A stretch of DNA of 64,000 nt from the IMG/VR virus record IMGVR_UViG_3300027804_000045, positions 1-64,000 of that record; one strand, 5' to 3'. How positions within the stretch are numbered: the first letter of the stretch is position 1; every line of letters starts with the position of its first letter. Under the pieces are notes generated by a model that worked only from the letters and a program-made list of their open reading frames with translations, did no database searches and had not been told where the DNA came from. Shown in pieces: positions 19,832 through 28,593 of this stretch. This DNA is from a virus. The position numbers were made by a program, and so were the translations under genes.

Positions 19832-22019
19832 TATATTGCTTGATCGCTCTATTGACCGAAGTGATATTTAATGCAGGTTTTAATTGTGCCCACTCGTTAG
19901 GCAACAATCCAGTAATTTGTTCTACAGTAGAAATATCTTTATAGTCAATGATATCGTCTATTGAAGTAATAGTCAAGTTTTCTGACCAGGCTAAATCTAA
20001 CAATTTAAAAGTCTGTCGCAAAGCGTAACGTATGCGCAATACAGTTTGTTCTAAGACCTTTTCTTCGGATTTAGATAGATTCTTTTTCTGTCCTAGGCGT
20101 AATTTATTTTTTCCTTCCAATATATTGTTAGAATTTAATTCGGTCTTAGCCGTAGTCTTCCCTTCTTTTTTCTTGTCTTGTAACATGTCTACGATATTGT
20201 CGTCAATGCCTGACTCATCAATAGCATTACCGATTCTATCCATGTGGTTAGCAATATTGCTTAAGAATCTAGTAGATACTTCTTCGCCGTCGATAATATT
20301 CCATTGATTACCTATGTAATCATAGACTTCACTTACCGCTAACCATTGCGACAAAATAGTTTCTACAGGTTTGTTTTCAATTATGCTTACCTGCTCACAA
20401 TATTGATAGACTACATTTATAAAACGCTCGGGTGCATAATCAAACACTACTACGCTTTCTTTCTTATTCTTGCTATCAGGAGTCTTGCAACGGAAGCTGC
20501 CTTGGAAATAATCGGCGGCACTCTTATCATTATTCATCTGATGAACGCTCCACCACTCAGGTACGCTAGTACCTTCAAGGAAACGCCCGCACGTTACAAC
20601 AATGGTTCCTGAACCATCATTGGCATTATCATACTTGATGAGATTTTTGACTTCTTGGATTTCAGTTACATGATTACCACTAGCATTGATGATCGTGCGC
20701 TTGCCAAAGAAAGGATGAGCCTTCAATAAAGCACATAGAGCATCGATAGCATCCACATCGTTTGGCAAGATCCAAAGCGTATGCCTTGATAACATTCCTG
20801 CATTCTTCAAAAACTTTTGCGGTGGATTTTTAAATGTAGAGATCACAAACTGTAAAAATTCATTTACAGCTACCTGGTGCTTAAAGTTATTCTTTTCAGT
20901 AGCAAAAAGTTTAGGAAAAGTAAATCCATCTGTTCCTAAATATTGCTTGATGCTGTCAGGCACATTCACCATGGCATAACTTATATCAGCACGATATTTG
21001 AAATCTTCGGCTTGTGCTCCTGTGACAGTCTTGCGAATCAATTGTTCTTCAACATAATCAAAGTTATATATAGAATCTTTACTATAGCGGCCACTCAAAA
21101 TAGTTTTATAGGGCGTACCACTCAATTCAAGTTTCTTTTTGAAGTTTAAAGACTTCCACAACCGTTCTGTATTATCAGTATCCGTCGCATAGTGCTGTTC
21201 GTCATATATGATAATGTCCCACTCAACACTGAATAAGACTTCTAATAGTTCAGTTGGATTATCAAAATGCTTGTTGATATATTGTAAACTACAAAATACA
21301 ACATTGGTCTTGATATTATCTAAACTTAGATTTTTCTTCTTATATTGATTATAATCGTGATACACCCAGTTAGCGTAATTGACATGACTCTTTTCGCCGT
21401 TAGGCAAAAGTTCTGCCCAACTGTCGTTTACTTTAGTTTTGGCTGTTACTACAAGAATGTTTTTTGCTTTAAGTTTCCTTGAAATCTCATAAGAGATAAA
21501 ACATTTACCAGAACGCATGATAGCATTAATCAAAATATCGTCTTTTATCTTAAATTGATCAAATGCCCAATTCACAATTTTATTTTGATATTCGTAGGCT
21601 GGAAAATCTGATATCGCATCAGAACCATATTTAAAAACATTAAGTGCGCGATGTGTCGCCTTTACGATATTATCTAAAGACTCTTTTTTAGGGTCAAAGA
21701 ACCATTCGCTGCGATTTTTAGCAGGAACCCACATGCCCTCATTTTTTAGTCTCTTGTGTATGAAACTCTCAAGTTGACGTAGATTTTGAAGGCTAGTATT
21801 TAAGTCTCCAGTTTCACAAATGTCACTGACATCGATAACTTCTAGGATAGTAGGAGAGTCAGCACTAACCGCCGCCGTCACCTGCTCACCTACGCGCATT
21901 TCAGCAGCTTCTTGGGCTGAGTTAGCCTCTCGCCTTACTGAACCTACCTTACCTTGGTAAATCTGTGCGTTCAGAGGAGTCGTATAAATGTAAATATCGC
22001 AATAATATTTCTTAGACAT
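19818..22019 (-). CDS. SF2 (ResIII/DEAD-like) helicase with N-terminal GIY-YIG/T5orf172-like nuclease domain
   Basis: IYIY...KVG...E.FIH..L...SEWF N-terminal domain; MRSGK Walker A-like; YDEQH; LSGTP; EGTSVPEW; YFQ...R. Confidence 0.8.
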   Translation of the reverse strand: MSKKYYCDIYIYTTPLNAQIYQGKVGSVRREANSAQEAAEMRVGEQVTAAVSADSPTILEVIDVSDICETGDLNTSLQNLRQLESFIHKRLKNEGMWVPAKNRSEWFFDPKKESLDNIVKATHRALNVFKYGSDAISDFPAYEYQNKIVNWAFDQFKIKDDILINAIMRSGKCFISYEISRKLKAKNILVVTAKTKVNDSWAELLPNGEKSHVNYANWVYHDYNQYKKKNLSLDNIKTNVVFCSLQYINKHFDNPTELLEVLFSVEWDIIIYDEQHYATDTDNTERLWKSLNFKKKLELSGTPYKTILSGRYSKDSIYNFDYVEEQLIRKTVTGAQAEDFKYRADISYAMVNVPDSIKQYLGTDGFTFPKLFATEKNNFKHQVAVNEFLQFVISTFKNPPQKFLKNAGMLSRHTLWILPNDVDAIDALCALLKAHPFFGKRTIINASGNHVTEIQEVKNLIKYDNANDGSGTIVVTCGRFLEGTSVPEWWSVHQMNNDKSAADYFQGSFRCKTPDSKNKKESVVVFDYAPERFINVVYQYCEQVSIIENKPVETILSQWLAVSEVYDYIGNQWNIIDGEEVSTRFLSNIANHMDRIGNAIDESGIDDNIVDMLQDKKKEGKTTAKTELNSNNILEGKNKLRLGQKKNLSKSEEKVLEQTVLRIRYALRQTFKLLDLAWSENLTITSIDDIIDYKDISTVEQITGLLPNEWAQLKPALNITSVNRAIKQYNDFQ

Positions 22020-22020
22020 A

Positions 22021-22248
22021 TTAAATGTTGTCAGGGCTGGCTGTGAATTCAAGTCGTGCCATACGACCTACATATTCGCCGCGTTTTTCATTCCAATCCA
22101 TCTCTAATACTTGATTAGTAGGGAAACGCACCCACAACTTTTTACTGTTAAAATCAACGATAGGGCAGTTTACGCCCATACCGTTTTCTGACCTTACAGT
22201 AATCTTCTCTCCTTTACGAAGGGAATGCGACATAGCTGAAAAGAGCAA
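22021..22248 (-). CDS. Small hypothetical protein
   Basis: 75 aa; YVGRMARLEF C-terminal motif. Confidence 0.5.
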   Translation of the reverse strand: MLFSAMSHSLRKGEKITVRSENGMGVNCPIVDFNSKKLWVRFPTNQVLEMDWNEKRGEYVGRMARLEFTASPDNI

Positions 22249-22535
22249 TAGCTGCTAAAATGCCTAACAAATAGGCAAAAATTACAGAAACAGTTTTTGT
22301 ATCAAACGCTTTCATTTTCTTTCTCTTGCGCCTTACTCAATAGAGCAGCGATAGCATTTTCAAGGTCAGTAGCGTAGGAGTAAAGATCCTCACTACTAAC
22401 ATCTTCACCTTCCATACTAATCACATAGCCAATCGTGGCAAGAGTATCAGCAACCTGAGTCAACGATTTATTAGCCATACATCATCTCCGTGACAAAATA
22501 ATATGCTATGATTATACTTAAATAAAAATTTAAAG

Positions 22536-22793
22536 TCAAACCCGTTCCTGCATACAGTAGGTCGAGAGAATCCATTTCGCACGATTGAGAGTCTGACGCG
22601 CATCCTCGTTCAACTCGCGCAGAATTTCTTCCTGTGCATCACTCATCAGGCTCATAGCCATCATAGCAGGACCTGCGAAACGGAAAGTCAAACTTTCCTC
22701 AATTGCCTCGCGCATCTGCGCCACAGTACAACCGAACATACGAACTTCGCTTTTTTCTTGCTGGGTCAATTCGTTGTAAATCGCAGTAGTCAT
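22536..22793 (-). CDS. Small early hypothetical protein
   Basis: MSLMSDAQE...ARQTLNRAKW motif; own promoter. Confidence 0.7.
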   Translation of the reverse strand: MTTAIYNELTQQEKSEVRMFGCTVAQMREAIEESLTFRFAGPAMMAMSLMSDAQEEILRELNEDARQTLNRAKWILSTYCMQERV

Positions 22794-22823
22794 AATCTTG
22801 CTCCGTTAATCAACTATAGATAT

Positions 22824-22852
22824 ATGATAACACCAAACGGAGCCAAAATCAA
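22824..22852 (-). promoter_or_regulatory. Sigma70-type early promoter
   Basis: TTGATT-17 bp-TATCAT; leader ATATCTATAGTTGATTAACGGAG matches the one at 3612-3634. Confidence 0.7.
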
Positions 22853-22902
22853 GCCTTATTTTCCTGCTGGAAAAGGCTAATAGAATCAATAACTTACGTA
22901 AC

Positions 22903-23067
22903 TTAGGAACCGCGACCCTGTTTACGCATCACGCTAGGACCCTTGCTGCCAACCTGGCTTTTCATGTTTTTACCCTCTGTAGGGTTAAATCCAGATTTGT
23001 GTCCTTGCTGTTGCGCTTTCTTACGTGCTAGTATTTCAGCGATTGGATTTTTCTTTTCTTCACTCAT
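22903..23067 (-). CDS. Small basic protein (54 aa, not in ORF track)
   Basis: MSEEKKNPIAEILARKKAQQQGHKSGFNPTEGKNMKSQVGSKGPSVMRKQGRGS; ATGA overlap with the upstream stop. Confidence 0.6.
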   Translation of the reverse strand: MSEEKKNPIAEILARKKAQQQGHKSGFNPTEGKNMKSQVGSKGPSVMRKQGRGS

Positions 23068-23867
23068 ACTGTAATAGGGCTGTTCGTTTCTATACGTAAC
23101 AGTCTATTATTATTTATGGCAAATTTTCTGCTATAAAAACTTGTGCACCAGGCTTGATGATTGTTCCAGCCCGGACCCCAAAAATCTAAACGCCCATAAC
23201 CTTTATCATGCAAGTATTTTTGTATCGGGTTATAATGCCAGCGGTCGCTATTGTCTAATATGATGATTCCATCATCTTTTAATCTATTACTTTCAACAGC
23301 CATCAAAGCACATAAATGTCTTGCCATACCATCGATGACAACCATATCATAAAATTTTTCCGGAGCTTGGTATATCATGCTACAATAGCCGCCGAACTCA
23401 TCATTGACTAAACCATGTTTTAGATCATGTTCGTAATATTCAGTACGGACCTGAATCGTATTATTGATAAAGTTATCGTAAACGATTTGCGCTTCAGGAT
23501 GCACACCACTATTTTCTTTTACGATATGAATATCTAGGTGTGGATTTTCAGATAGTAATTTATCAGCCCACTCTTGATTATGTTCAACAGTTACAAGATG
23601 ACTTACTTTATTTTTAAAATAAAGTGTGCTGTACCCAGATCCATATTCTAGAACTTTATATGAACTCGTAATAATATCTTTTAGAAAGGCTATAGCGGGA
23701 AAAGTATACCATGGAGTAGTACCTTCTTCATCACTAGGGTATTCACAAAACCATCCGCTAGGCTGCAAATACAAATAAGCATGTGTTAGTAGGTGTGAAT
23801 ATAATTCATTGGGCATGTTAAGTTTTTTAAACCCCTCATGCTCTACCAATGTTATAGGTTTTTTCAT
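23064..23867 (-). CDS. Class I SAM-dependent methyltransferase (non-DNA type)
   Basis: PWYT, VLEYGSGYST, TVEH, IDGMAR, IILDNS. Confidence 0.8.
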   Translation of the reverse strand: MKKPITLVEHEGFKKLNMPNELYSHLLTHAYLYLQPSGWFCEYPSDEEGTTPWYTFPAIAFLKDIITSSYKVLEYGSGYSTLYFKNKVSHLVTVEHNQEWADKLLSENPHLDIHIVKENSGVHPEAQIVYDNFINNTIQVRTEYYEHDLKHGLVNDEFGGYCSMIYQAPEKFYDMVVIDGMARHLCALMAVESNRLKDDGIIILDNSDRWHYNPIQKYLHDKGYGRLDFWGPGWNNHQAWCTSFYSRKFAINNNRLLRIETNSPITV

Positions 23868-24250
23868 TTTTTAATTGAATTTAGGTATTCATCAAAACTG
23901 CCATATAAATTTATAAGCATGGCAACTTTGCTATCGTAGATACGTATATATGCTGACTTATAATACCGGTTTTTAAAACCTATATAAAAAGGTGTCTTGA
24001 GTTTTTTACCAATGTTTATTACATGGTAATTGAATCTGTCGGTTGTAGTGTTCAAATGAAATTCAAAAAATTCTAATTCTAACATATCAAAGGCATTTTT
24101 ACCTTCTTCTGTTAGGCGTAGATTTTTAGTGCTGCGACCGGTAAACCAATAACGCTTAAACATTTTATTGATATCTGTATTAGGTTCTAGTTTTTCAATT
24201 AGATGCTGGTATAATAATTTAGTAAATTGTATCTTATCTAGATTATTCAT
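23864..24250 (-). CDS. Conserved hypothetical protein
   Basis: 128 aa; LRLTEEG...PFYI. Confidence 0.55.
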   Translation of the reverse strand: MNNLDKIQFTKLLYQHLIEKLEPNTDINKMFKRYWFTGRSTKNLRLTEEGKNAFDMLELEFFEFHLNTTTDRFNYHVINIGKKLKTPFYIGFKNRYYKSAYIRIYDSKVAMLINLYGSFDEYLNSIKK

Positions 24251-24536
24251 CTGGATAGACCTGTCGTCCTTGGTTCATGAAAACCACACTAAACTTATCT
24301 GTTTTGAAAAGAGTGTTTAGTTTGCGACAGAGATTTCTAGCATGTCCTGGATTGCTAAAACTTGTTTTCTTATATTTGGGTGCAACTTCGTTCGCTAGAT
24401 AATGTTGACTTTTTAAATTGATGGGTTGACCGTCATAAAACACAGCCCAGATTCCGCTGGCTTCGACAATCTGATCGCACTTATATGTCGTTTTATCAAC
24501 ATGTTCTAATATGACTTTTGGTTGTGTTCTACTCAT
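24243..24536 (-). CDS. Conserved hypothetical protein
   Basis: WAVFY.GQPINLK...KYKKTSFSNPGHA. Confidence 0.65.
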   Translation of the reverse strand: MSRTQPKVILEHVDKTTYKCDQIVEASGIWAVFYDGQPINLKSQHYLANEVAPKYKKTSFSNPGHARNLCRKLNTLFKTDKFSVVFMNQGRQVYPDE

Positions 24537-24736
24537 TTGAACCCGCCGCCTTTAATTTCTACTTTGATTACTTCTTCTTTCTTGCCATTGCTTTCATTAA
24601 GAGCATAATAGTCCGATAACAATTTAGTAATCTCGTCACGTAGCCCACGCGCATCATTTAAGGGTATAACTACATCTTTTGTCTTTGTTGACTCTAAATG
24701 CGTTATTTTGTCCAAAAATTTCTTGATATGGACCAT
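24533..24736 (-). CDS. Small conserved hypothetical protein
   Basis: 67 aa ending GGGFK; TATAAATA upstream. Confidence 0.6.
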   Translation of the reverse strand: MVHIKKFLDKITHLESTKTKDVVIPLNDARGLRDEITKLLSDYYALNESNGKKEEVIKVEIKGGGFK

Positions 24737-24737
24737 G

Positions 24738-25193
24738 TTAACTATTTATATAGTTATTGGCCTCACTTTCAGTTTTAAATGGGCCGACATACTCATATCG
24801 CTGAATAAAGATGTATTTAGGACAGAAAAGTGCCTGATTCTGCCCATTTTGGTTGATTACGAACCAACCTGCTACGTGATAGCATTTGCTTTTCTTGGTT
24901 TTAGTAAAGATATGCAACTTACGCTTAACATCGAAAATGTTATTATAAGTCTTGGTAGTAGTAGGATATTCAGGATAAGGCATCTCAACCTTAGTCTTAT
25001 TAGACTTCATAGGTTGAAAATTAATTTTAGTTTTCTTTTGAATGTCTTTGGTATTATTAAATTGTAATGTGCTGCCGTTAAGGATTAGTTCATATCCTGC
25101 ATTATTAGCAAGAACATTTCCCACTTTCTTTTCGCCATCAGTAATGACCCAATATTGGTCTTTGATGATTGGTTTAGCAATAAGTTCTGTCAT
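24738..25193 (-). CDS. Conserved hypothetical protein
   Basis: AKPII...W; FTKT.KSKC; FCPK.I...RY...GPF; AAGGAG SD. Confidence 0.65.
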   Translation of the reverse strand: MTELIAKPIIKDQYWVITDGEKKVGNVLANNAGYELILNGSTLQFNNTKDIQKKTKINFQPMKSNKTKVEMPYPEYPTTTKTYNNIFDVKRKLHIFTKTKKSKCYHVAGWFVINQNGQNQALFCPKYIFIQRYEYVGPFKTESEANNYINS

Positions 25194-25195
25194 AA

Positions 25196-25423
25196 TTACT
25201 CCTTGAGTTTTTCCCAAACATATTCACTTTCACGCACATAAGCAACTGGTGTGATCCAACCATTGCTTACGTATTGTTGCAACTCTAATCTTACTCGGGC
25301 CGGACAATCATTTGAAACACTAATGGCGGCGCGCGGATATTCTACTAATCCACTAGTAAATTTGAATCCTTTGTCACTTTGTTTTATTTCTAAAACTTTT
25401 TCACTCGGCTGTGACAAGTTCAA
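25196..25423 (-). CDS. Small hypothetical protein
   Basis: 75 aa ORF; start uncertain. Confidence 0.5.
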   Translation of the reverse strand: MNLSQPSEKVLEIKQSDKGFKFTSGLVEYPRAAISVSNDCPARVRLELQQYVSNGWITPVAYVRESEYVWEKLKE

Positions 25424-26423
25424 GCAACTCTCCCTTGTATGGATTGTTCAACCACTTAGCATAAGTCTCAGCCTGCTCACTAACCTTGTTGAGTTCATAC
25501 TTGCCGCAAAACTTCATGAAATGTATACCAACTTGTGGCGTAGTCTTGATACGCACACCCTTAGTGATAGCAACGTCAACAAGATCCTTGATGTCATCAG
25601 GTTGTGCAGTCAGATCGATAAGCAACTTGTTGCGCTCATACAAATCTTTGACACGATATTCAACACCGTCAGGATCAGCCCAACGCTGTAGCATCATGTT
25701 GTTCCAATTGAAGCCCTGCTTTGTACGATCAGCATAAGCCTCAATCAAGCCAACCTTGTTCTTACTACCCTTAGTGCGAACACCAGGATATGCGCTAAAC
25801 ACGTTATCGCCAGCGTCACCGCGCATAATCTTCTCAAAGAGATGGAACTGTGGGTCACCCAACAGTTTAGGTTCTTTAGTCTTTTTGTCTTTGATAGGTT
25901 TACCCTTGTCATCAAAATAACCTTCAAGGGTAATCAATTGATTCGCAACACCGTTATACTGCTTGACATTAGGTGCGATCAATTGAACATAGTCAGTGTC
26001 ACTACTGATGATATAATGTTCGTCGTTGGGATGCAAATGTATGAATCTTGCGATAAGGTCATCTGCCTCAGCCCGTTCATGTCGTAACACACTGACGTTT
26101 GTTTTCTCACGTAGGAACGTAGTGAACATATCATACGTTTCCCAAAACATCTTATTTTCTTCTGCTTCACTTTCAGTCAACGCTTGCTCGGCAACTTTAC
26201 GATGTGCCTTATACTGCGGGTACACATCTTTGCGCCAACTACGACCTTCAAGACAGAACACAACGTGATCGATGCCATACTTACGTACAACTTGATTGAC
26301 ACTACTGAGTGTGAGGTGCAGTGCCATGCCGATCTTCTCCCATGTATCGCTGTTACGACTTGCGATATGTCGGGCACGAAAGAACGTGTTTGCAGTATCA
26401 ATGAGAGCGTATTTCACAAGCAC
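25401..26423 (-). CDS. rnh: 5'-3' exonuclease / T4 RNase H-like flap endonuclease
   Basis: LIDTAN, SWRK..YP.YK..R, EADD, SSDTD, GDAGDNV. Confidence 0.9.
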   Translation of the reverse strand: MLVKYALIDTANTFFRARHIASRNSDTWEKIGMALHLTLSSVNQVVRKYGIDHVVFCLEGRSWRKDVYPQYKAHRKVAEQALTESEAEENKMFWETYDMFTTFLREKTNVSVLRHERAEADDLIARFIHLHPNDEHYIISSDTDYVQLIAPNVKQYNGVANQLITLEGYFDDKGKPIKDKKTKEPKLLGDPQFHLFEKIMRGDAGDNVFSAYPGVRTKGSKNKVGLIEAYADRTKQGFNWNNMMLQRWADPDGVEYRVKDLYERNKLLIDLTAQPDDIKDLVDVAITKGVRIKTTPQVGIHFMKFCGKYELNKVSEQAETYAKWLNNPYKGELLELVTAE

Positions 26424-26473
26424 ACCTATTTACTAGAATAATATACGTATATTATACTAAGTGATTGCGAAAA

Positions 26474-27067
26474 TCAACTAATTTGGAAACATTTTTGGAA
26501 CGCATCCGGGGAAAGATAACCTTTATAAACCTTATTGTTTGCAGGATCAATGTCATTGAACGGAGGTCTCCATCCGTACTCTTTGGCATGCTGATTACTC
26601 AGCTCACCTTCAGCCCACTTAGTAGGTGCATCAGAGTCCCATTTATTCAAAGATAAAATATCCTTGATCGCTTTATTACCCCATGTTCTTTTAGCAACGT
26701 CCCAAACTAAAACTGTAAGATCGTTTTTTGTAAGATTAGGTAGTAATCCATCATCTATAGATGGTTTCACTTTGAACCATAAATCGTTACCGTTGCTAGT
26801 ACCAGGCTTTGTACTCCAACCAGGAAACCAAGCTAGTTGTCGAACTAATCTTTCGCCTACTGATCCCTTTCTTTTTTTACCTAGACATGGATAACTCATG
26901 CCTACCTTCAAAAAAAGATAATCAATGGCACTTGCCCTGTAGACTATAGCATATACAAAGTTTTTCTTTATGCCATGCTTTCTACAAATTGCATATATTT
27001 GCCTATATGCTGTTAGGTCTTTACAATCAAAATAAAAGTCAGGCTTATGTAAGTCAATTTGTATCAT
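26474..27067 (-). CDS. GIY-YIG-like nuclease candidate
   Basis: FVYAI...LKVGMS...GERLVRQ...AEGEL...PPFN. Start moved to 27067, after TTGACA-17-TATATT. Confidence 0.5.
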   Translation of the reverse strand: MIQIDLHKPDFYFDCKDLTAYRQIYAICRKHGIKKNFVYAIVYRASAIDYLFLKVGMSYPCLGKKRKGSVGERLVRQLAWFPGWSTKPGTSNGNDLWFKVKPSIDDGLLPNLTKNDLTVLVWDVAKRTWGNKAIKDILSLNKWDSDAPTKWAEGELSNQHAKEYGWRPPFNDIDPANNKVYKGYLSPDAFQKCFQIS

Positions 27068-27098
27068 TACAGCAATATAACTTAAGGAGTTATAAATG

Positions 27099-27129
27099 TC
27101 AACTAACTTCGGTACGACCATTACCCAAA
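27099..27129 (+). repeat. 31-bp direct repeat, copy 1
   Basis: TCAACTAACTTCGGTACGACCATTACCCAAA, identical to 28180..28210. Confidence 0.95.
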
Positions 27130-28164
27130 ATTAAACAACATGATACCGGCGGGTTCGACTTTGTTTTTGGACAGTACCATTATGCTTTCGTCTGTATTTA
27201 GATTTGATTTGGCACTAGGTCGTACCCTATTCTTAAGGTCAGTGGTCTGTATATGATGATAGCCCAAACTTTTTGCCAACGTTAAAGTATCCTCGTACAG
27301 TTTATAATTTGAAAAATTCTTTATGTTTATTAGCAATTTACCTTCAGCAATTAGATATTTGTTGATATTTACCAATGTGGGCTTAAGATAATTATCTAAC
27401 CATTGCTGGTATGTAGTACCAGGTTTATATGATTGATTACCTACCCTATAATCTTCAAGACTAAAATATGGAGGACTACTAAAAGCCAATCCAATAGTGT
27501 TCTCCCATTCAGGCACATACACCTCACTACCTTGGCATCGTATGTCGTATTTGCTATCTGTTAGGTTGACTGTATCATAATCCTTTGCCATTTGAAATAA
27601 TCTGTCAACTAACAAGTTATTAGGGTCTGTCCCATAATATTCTACTTTATTTTTCATTGCGCTTAGTAATCTTACACCCCAACCACAACTAAAATCATAA
27701 TACTTGTTATTCACATTGTAATATTTTAATATGTGGTCGGCAGTTTGCATTGGAAAGTTGCTCGGTTTCATAGCAACGCCCCCGCCAGAAATTCTTAAAG
27801 CTGTCTCTAAATTTTGTATATCAGTATTTGTTTTTGGATACACTTTTTCACTGGCTAATGTACGGCTATAAAAATATCTTATCAGATCATTTGACTCAAA
27901 TACCTCTTCTATGCTCCAGCGAGGGGTTTCAAGTTTTACTTTTGCCATCAAATCTTTATAGTAATAGTTGGCTATATCACCGATAGCAGTACCACCGCGC
28001 TTTACGTTTTTTAAATTTTCTTTTACAAGGTTGTAGTCGGGTTTAGTATAATACTGTTGTTTTAGTTCAATACACTTTTCAACAGGCAGGTCATGATAAT
28101 GGTCGGTGTACAAAACCTTACCAAGATGTTCAATGGTATATTTTTTCTTAGTGGTTTTAGCCAC
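27121..28164 (-). CDS. Amino-DNA methyltransferase (SPPY type) 2
   Basis: YDFSCGWGVR; FSSPPYFSLEDY. Confidence 0.85.
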   Translation of the reverse strand: MAKTTKKKYTIEHLGKVLYTDHYHDLPVEKCIELKQQYYTKPDYNLVKENLKNVKRGGTAIGDIANYYYKDLMAKVKLETPRWSIEEVFESNDLIRYFYSRTLASEKVYPKTNTDIQNLETALRISGGGVAMKPSNFPMQTADHILKYYNVNNKYYDFSCGWGVRLLSAMKNKVEYYGTDPNNLLVDRLFQMAKDYDTVNLTDSKYDIRCQGSEVYVPEWENTIGLAFSSPPYFSLEDYRVGNQSYKPGTTYQQWLDNYLKPTLVNINKYLIAEGKLLINIKNFSNYKLYEDTLTLAKSLGYHHIQTTDLKNRVRPSAKSNLNTDESIMVLSKNKVEPAGIMLFNFG

Positions 28165-28179
28165 GATACTTTTATATTA

Positions 28180-28210
28180 TCAACTAACTTCGGTACGACC
28201 ATTACCCAAA
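28180..28210 (+). repeat. 31-bp direct repeat, copy 2 (3' end of the upstream gene)
   Basis: Encodes LGNGRTEVS-stop of ORF 28180..28593. Confidence 0.95.
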
Positions 28211-28593
28211 TCGCGTTGACGTACAACACGAATGTCATCACGGCGTTTTTCTGGATCAGCCATTTCTTGCTCGTAAACTTCTAGTGCTACGTTACGGCAC
28301 ACAGTTTGGAACCAACGGTCAACTATCTCGTTGTCTGTGTCATCGGGTCTAATTTTATAACCTTGCTTGACAAGGTTTACAACAAACTTGTCGTTCCAAT
28401 CTAATTCAAAACTACCATTGTTTATATTCGCAGGATCTAATTCAACCTTGAGAATTGCAACATATGGTTCTCCATTTTGTGTAGCCAATTCTTTAGGAGT
28501 TAGTTCCTTTTCCTTCTTCTGAGCCTTTTTAGGTTTAGCTTCAGTTTTAGGAACTTCTGGCTTTTTGAAAAGACTTTTTAGTTTATCAAACAT
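28180..28593 (-). CDS. Conserved hypothetical protein
   Basis: GEPYV...FELDWND.F...IVDRWF..VC motifs. Confidence 0.65.
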   Translation of the reverse strand: MFDKLKSLFKKPEVPKTEAKPKKAQKKEKELTPKELATQNGEPYVAILKVELDPANINNGSFELDWNDKFVVNLVKQGYKIRPDDTDNEIVDRWFQTVCRNVALEVYEQEMADPEKRRDDIRVVRQRDLGNGRTEVS

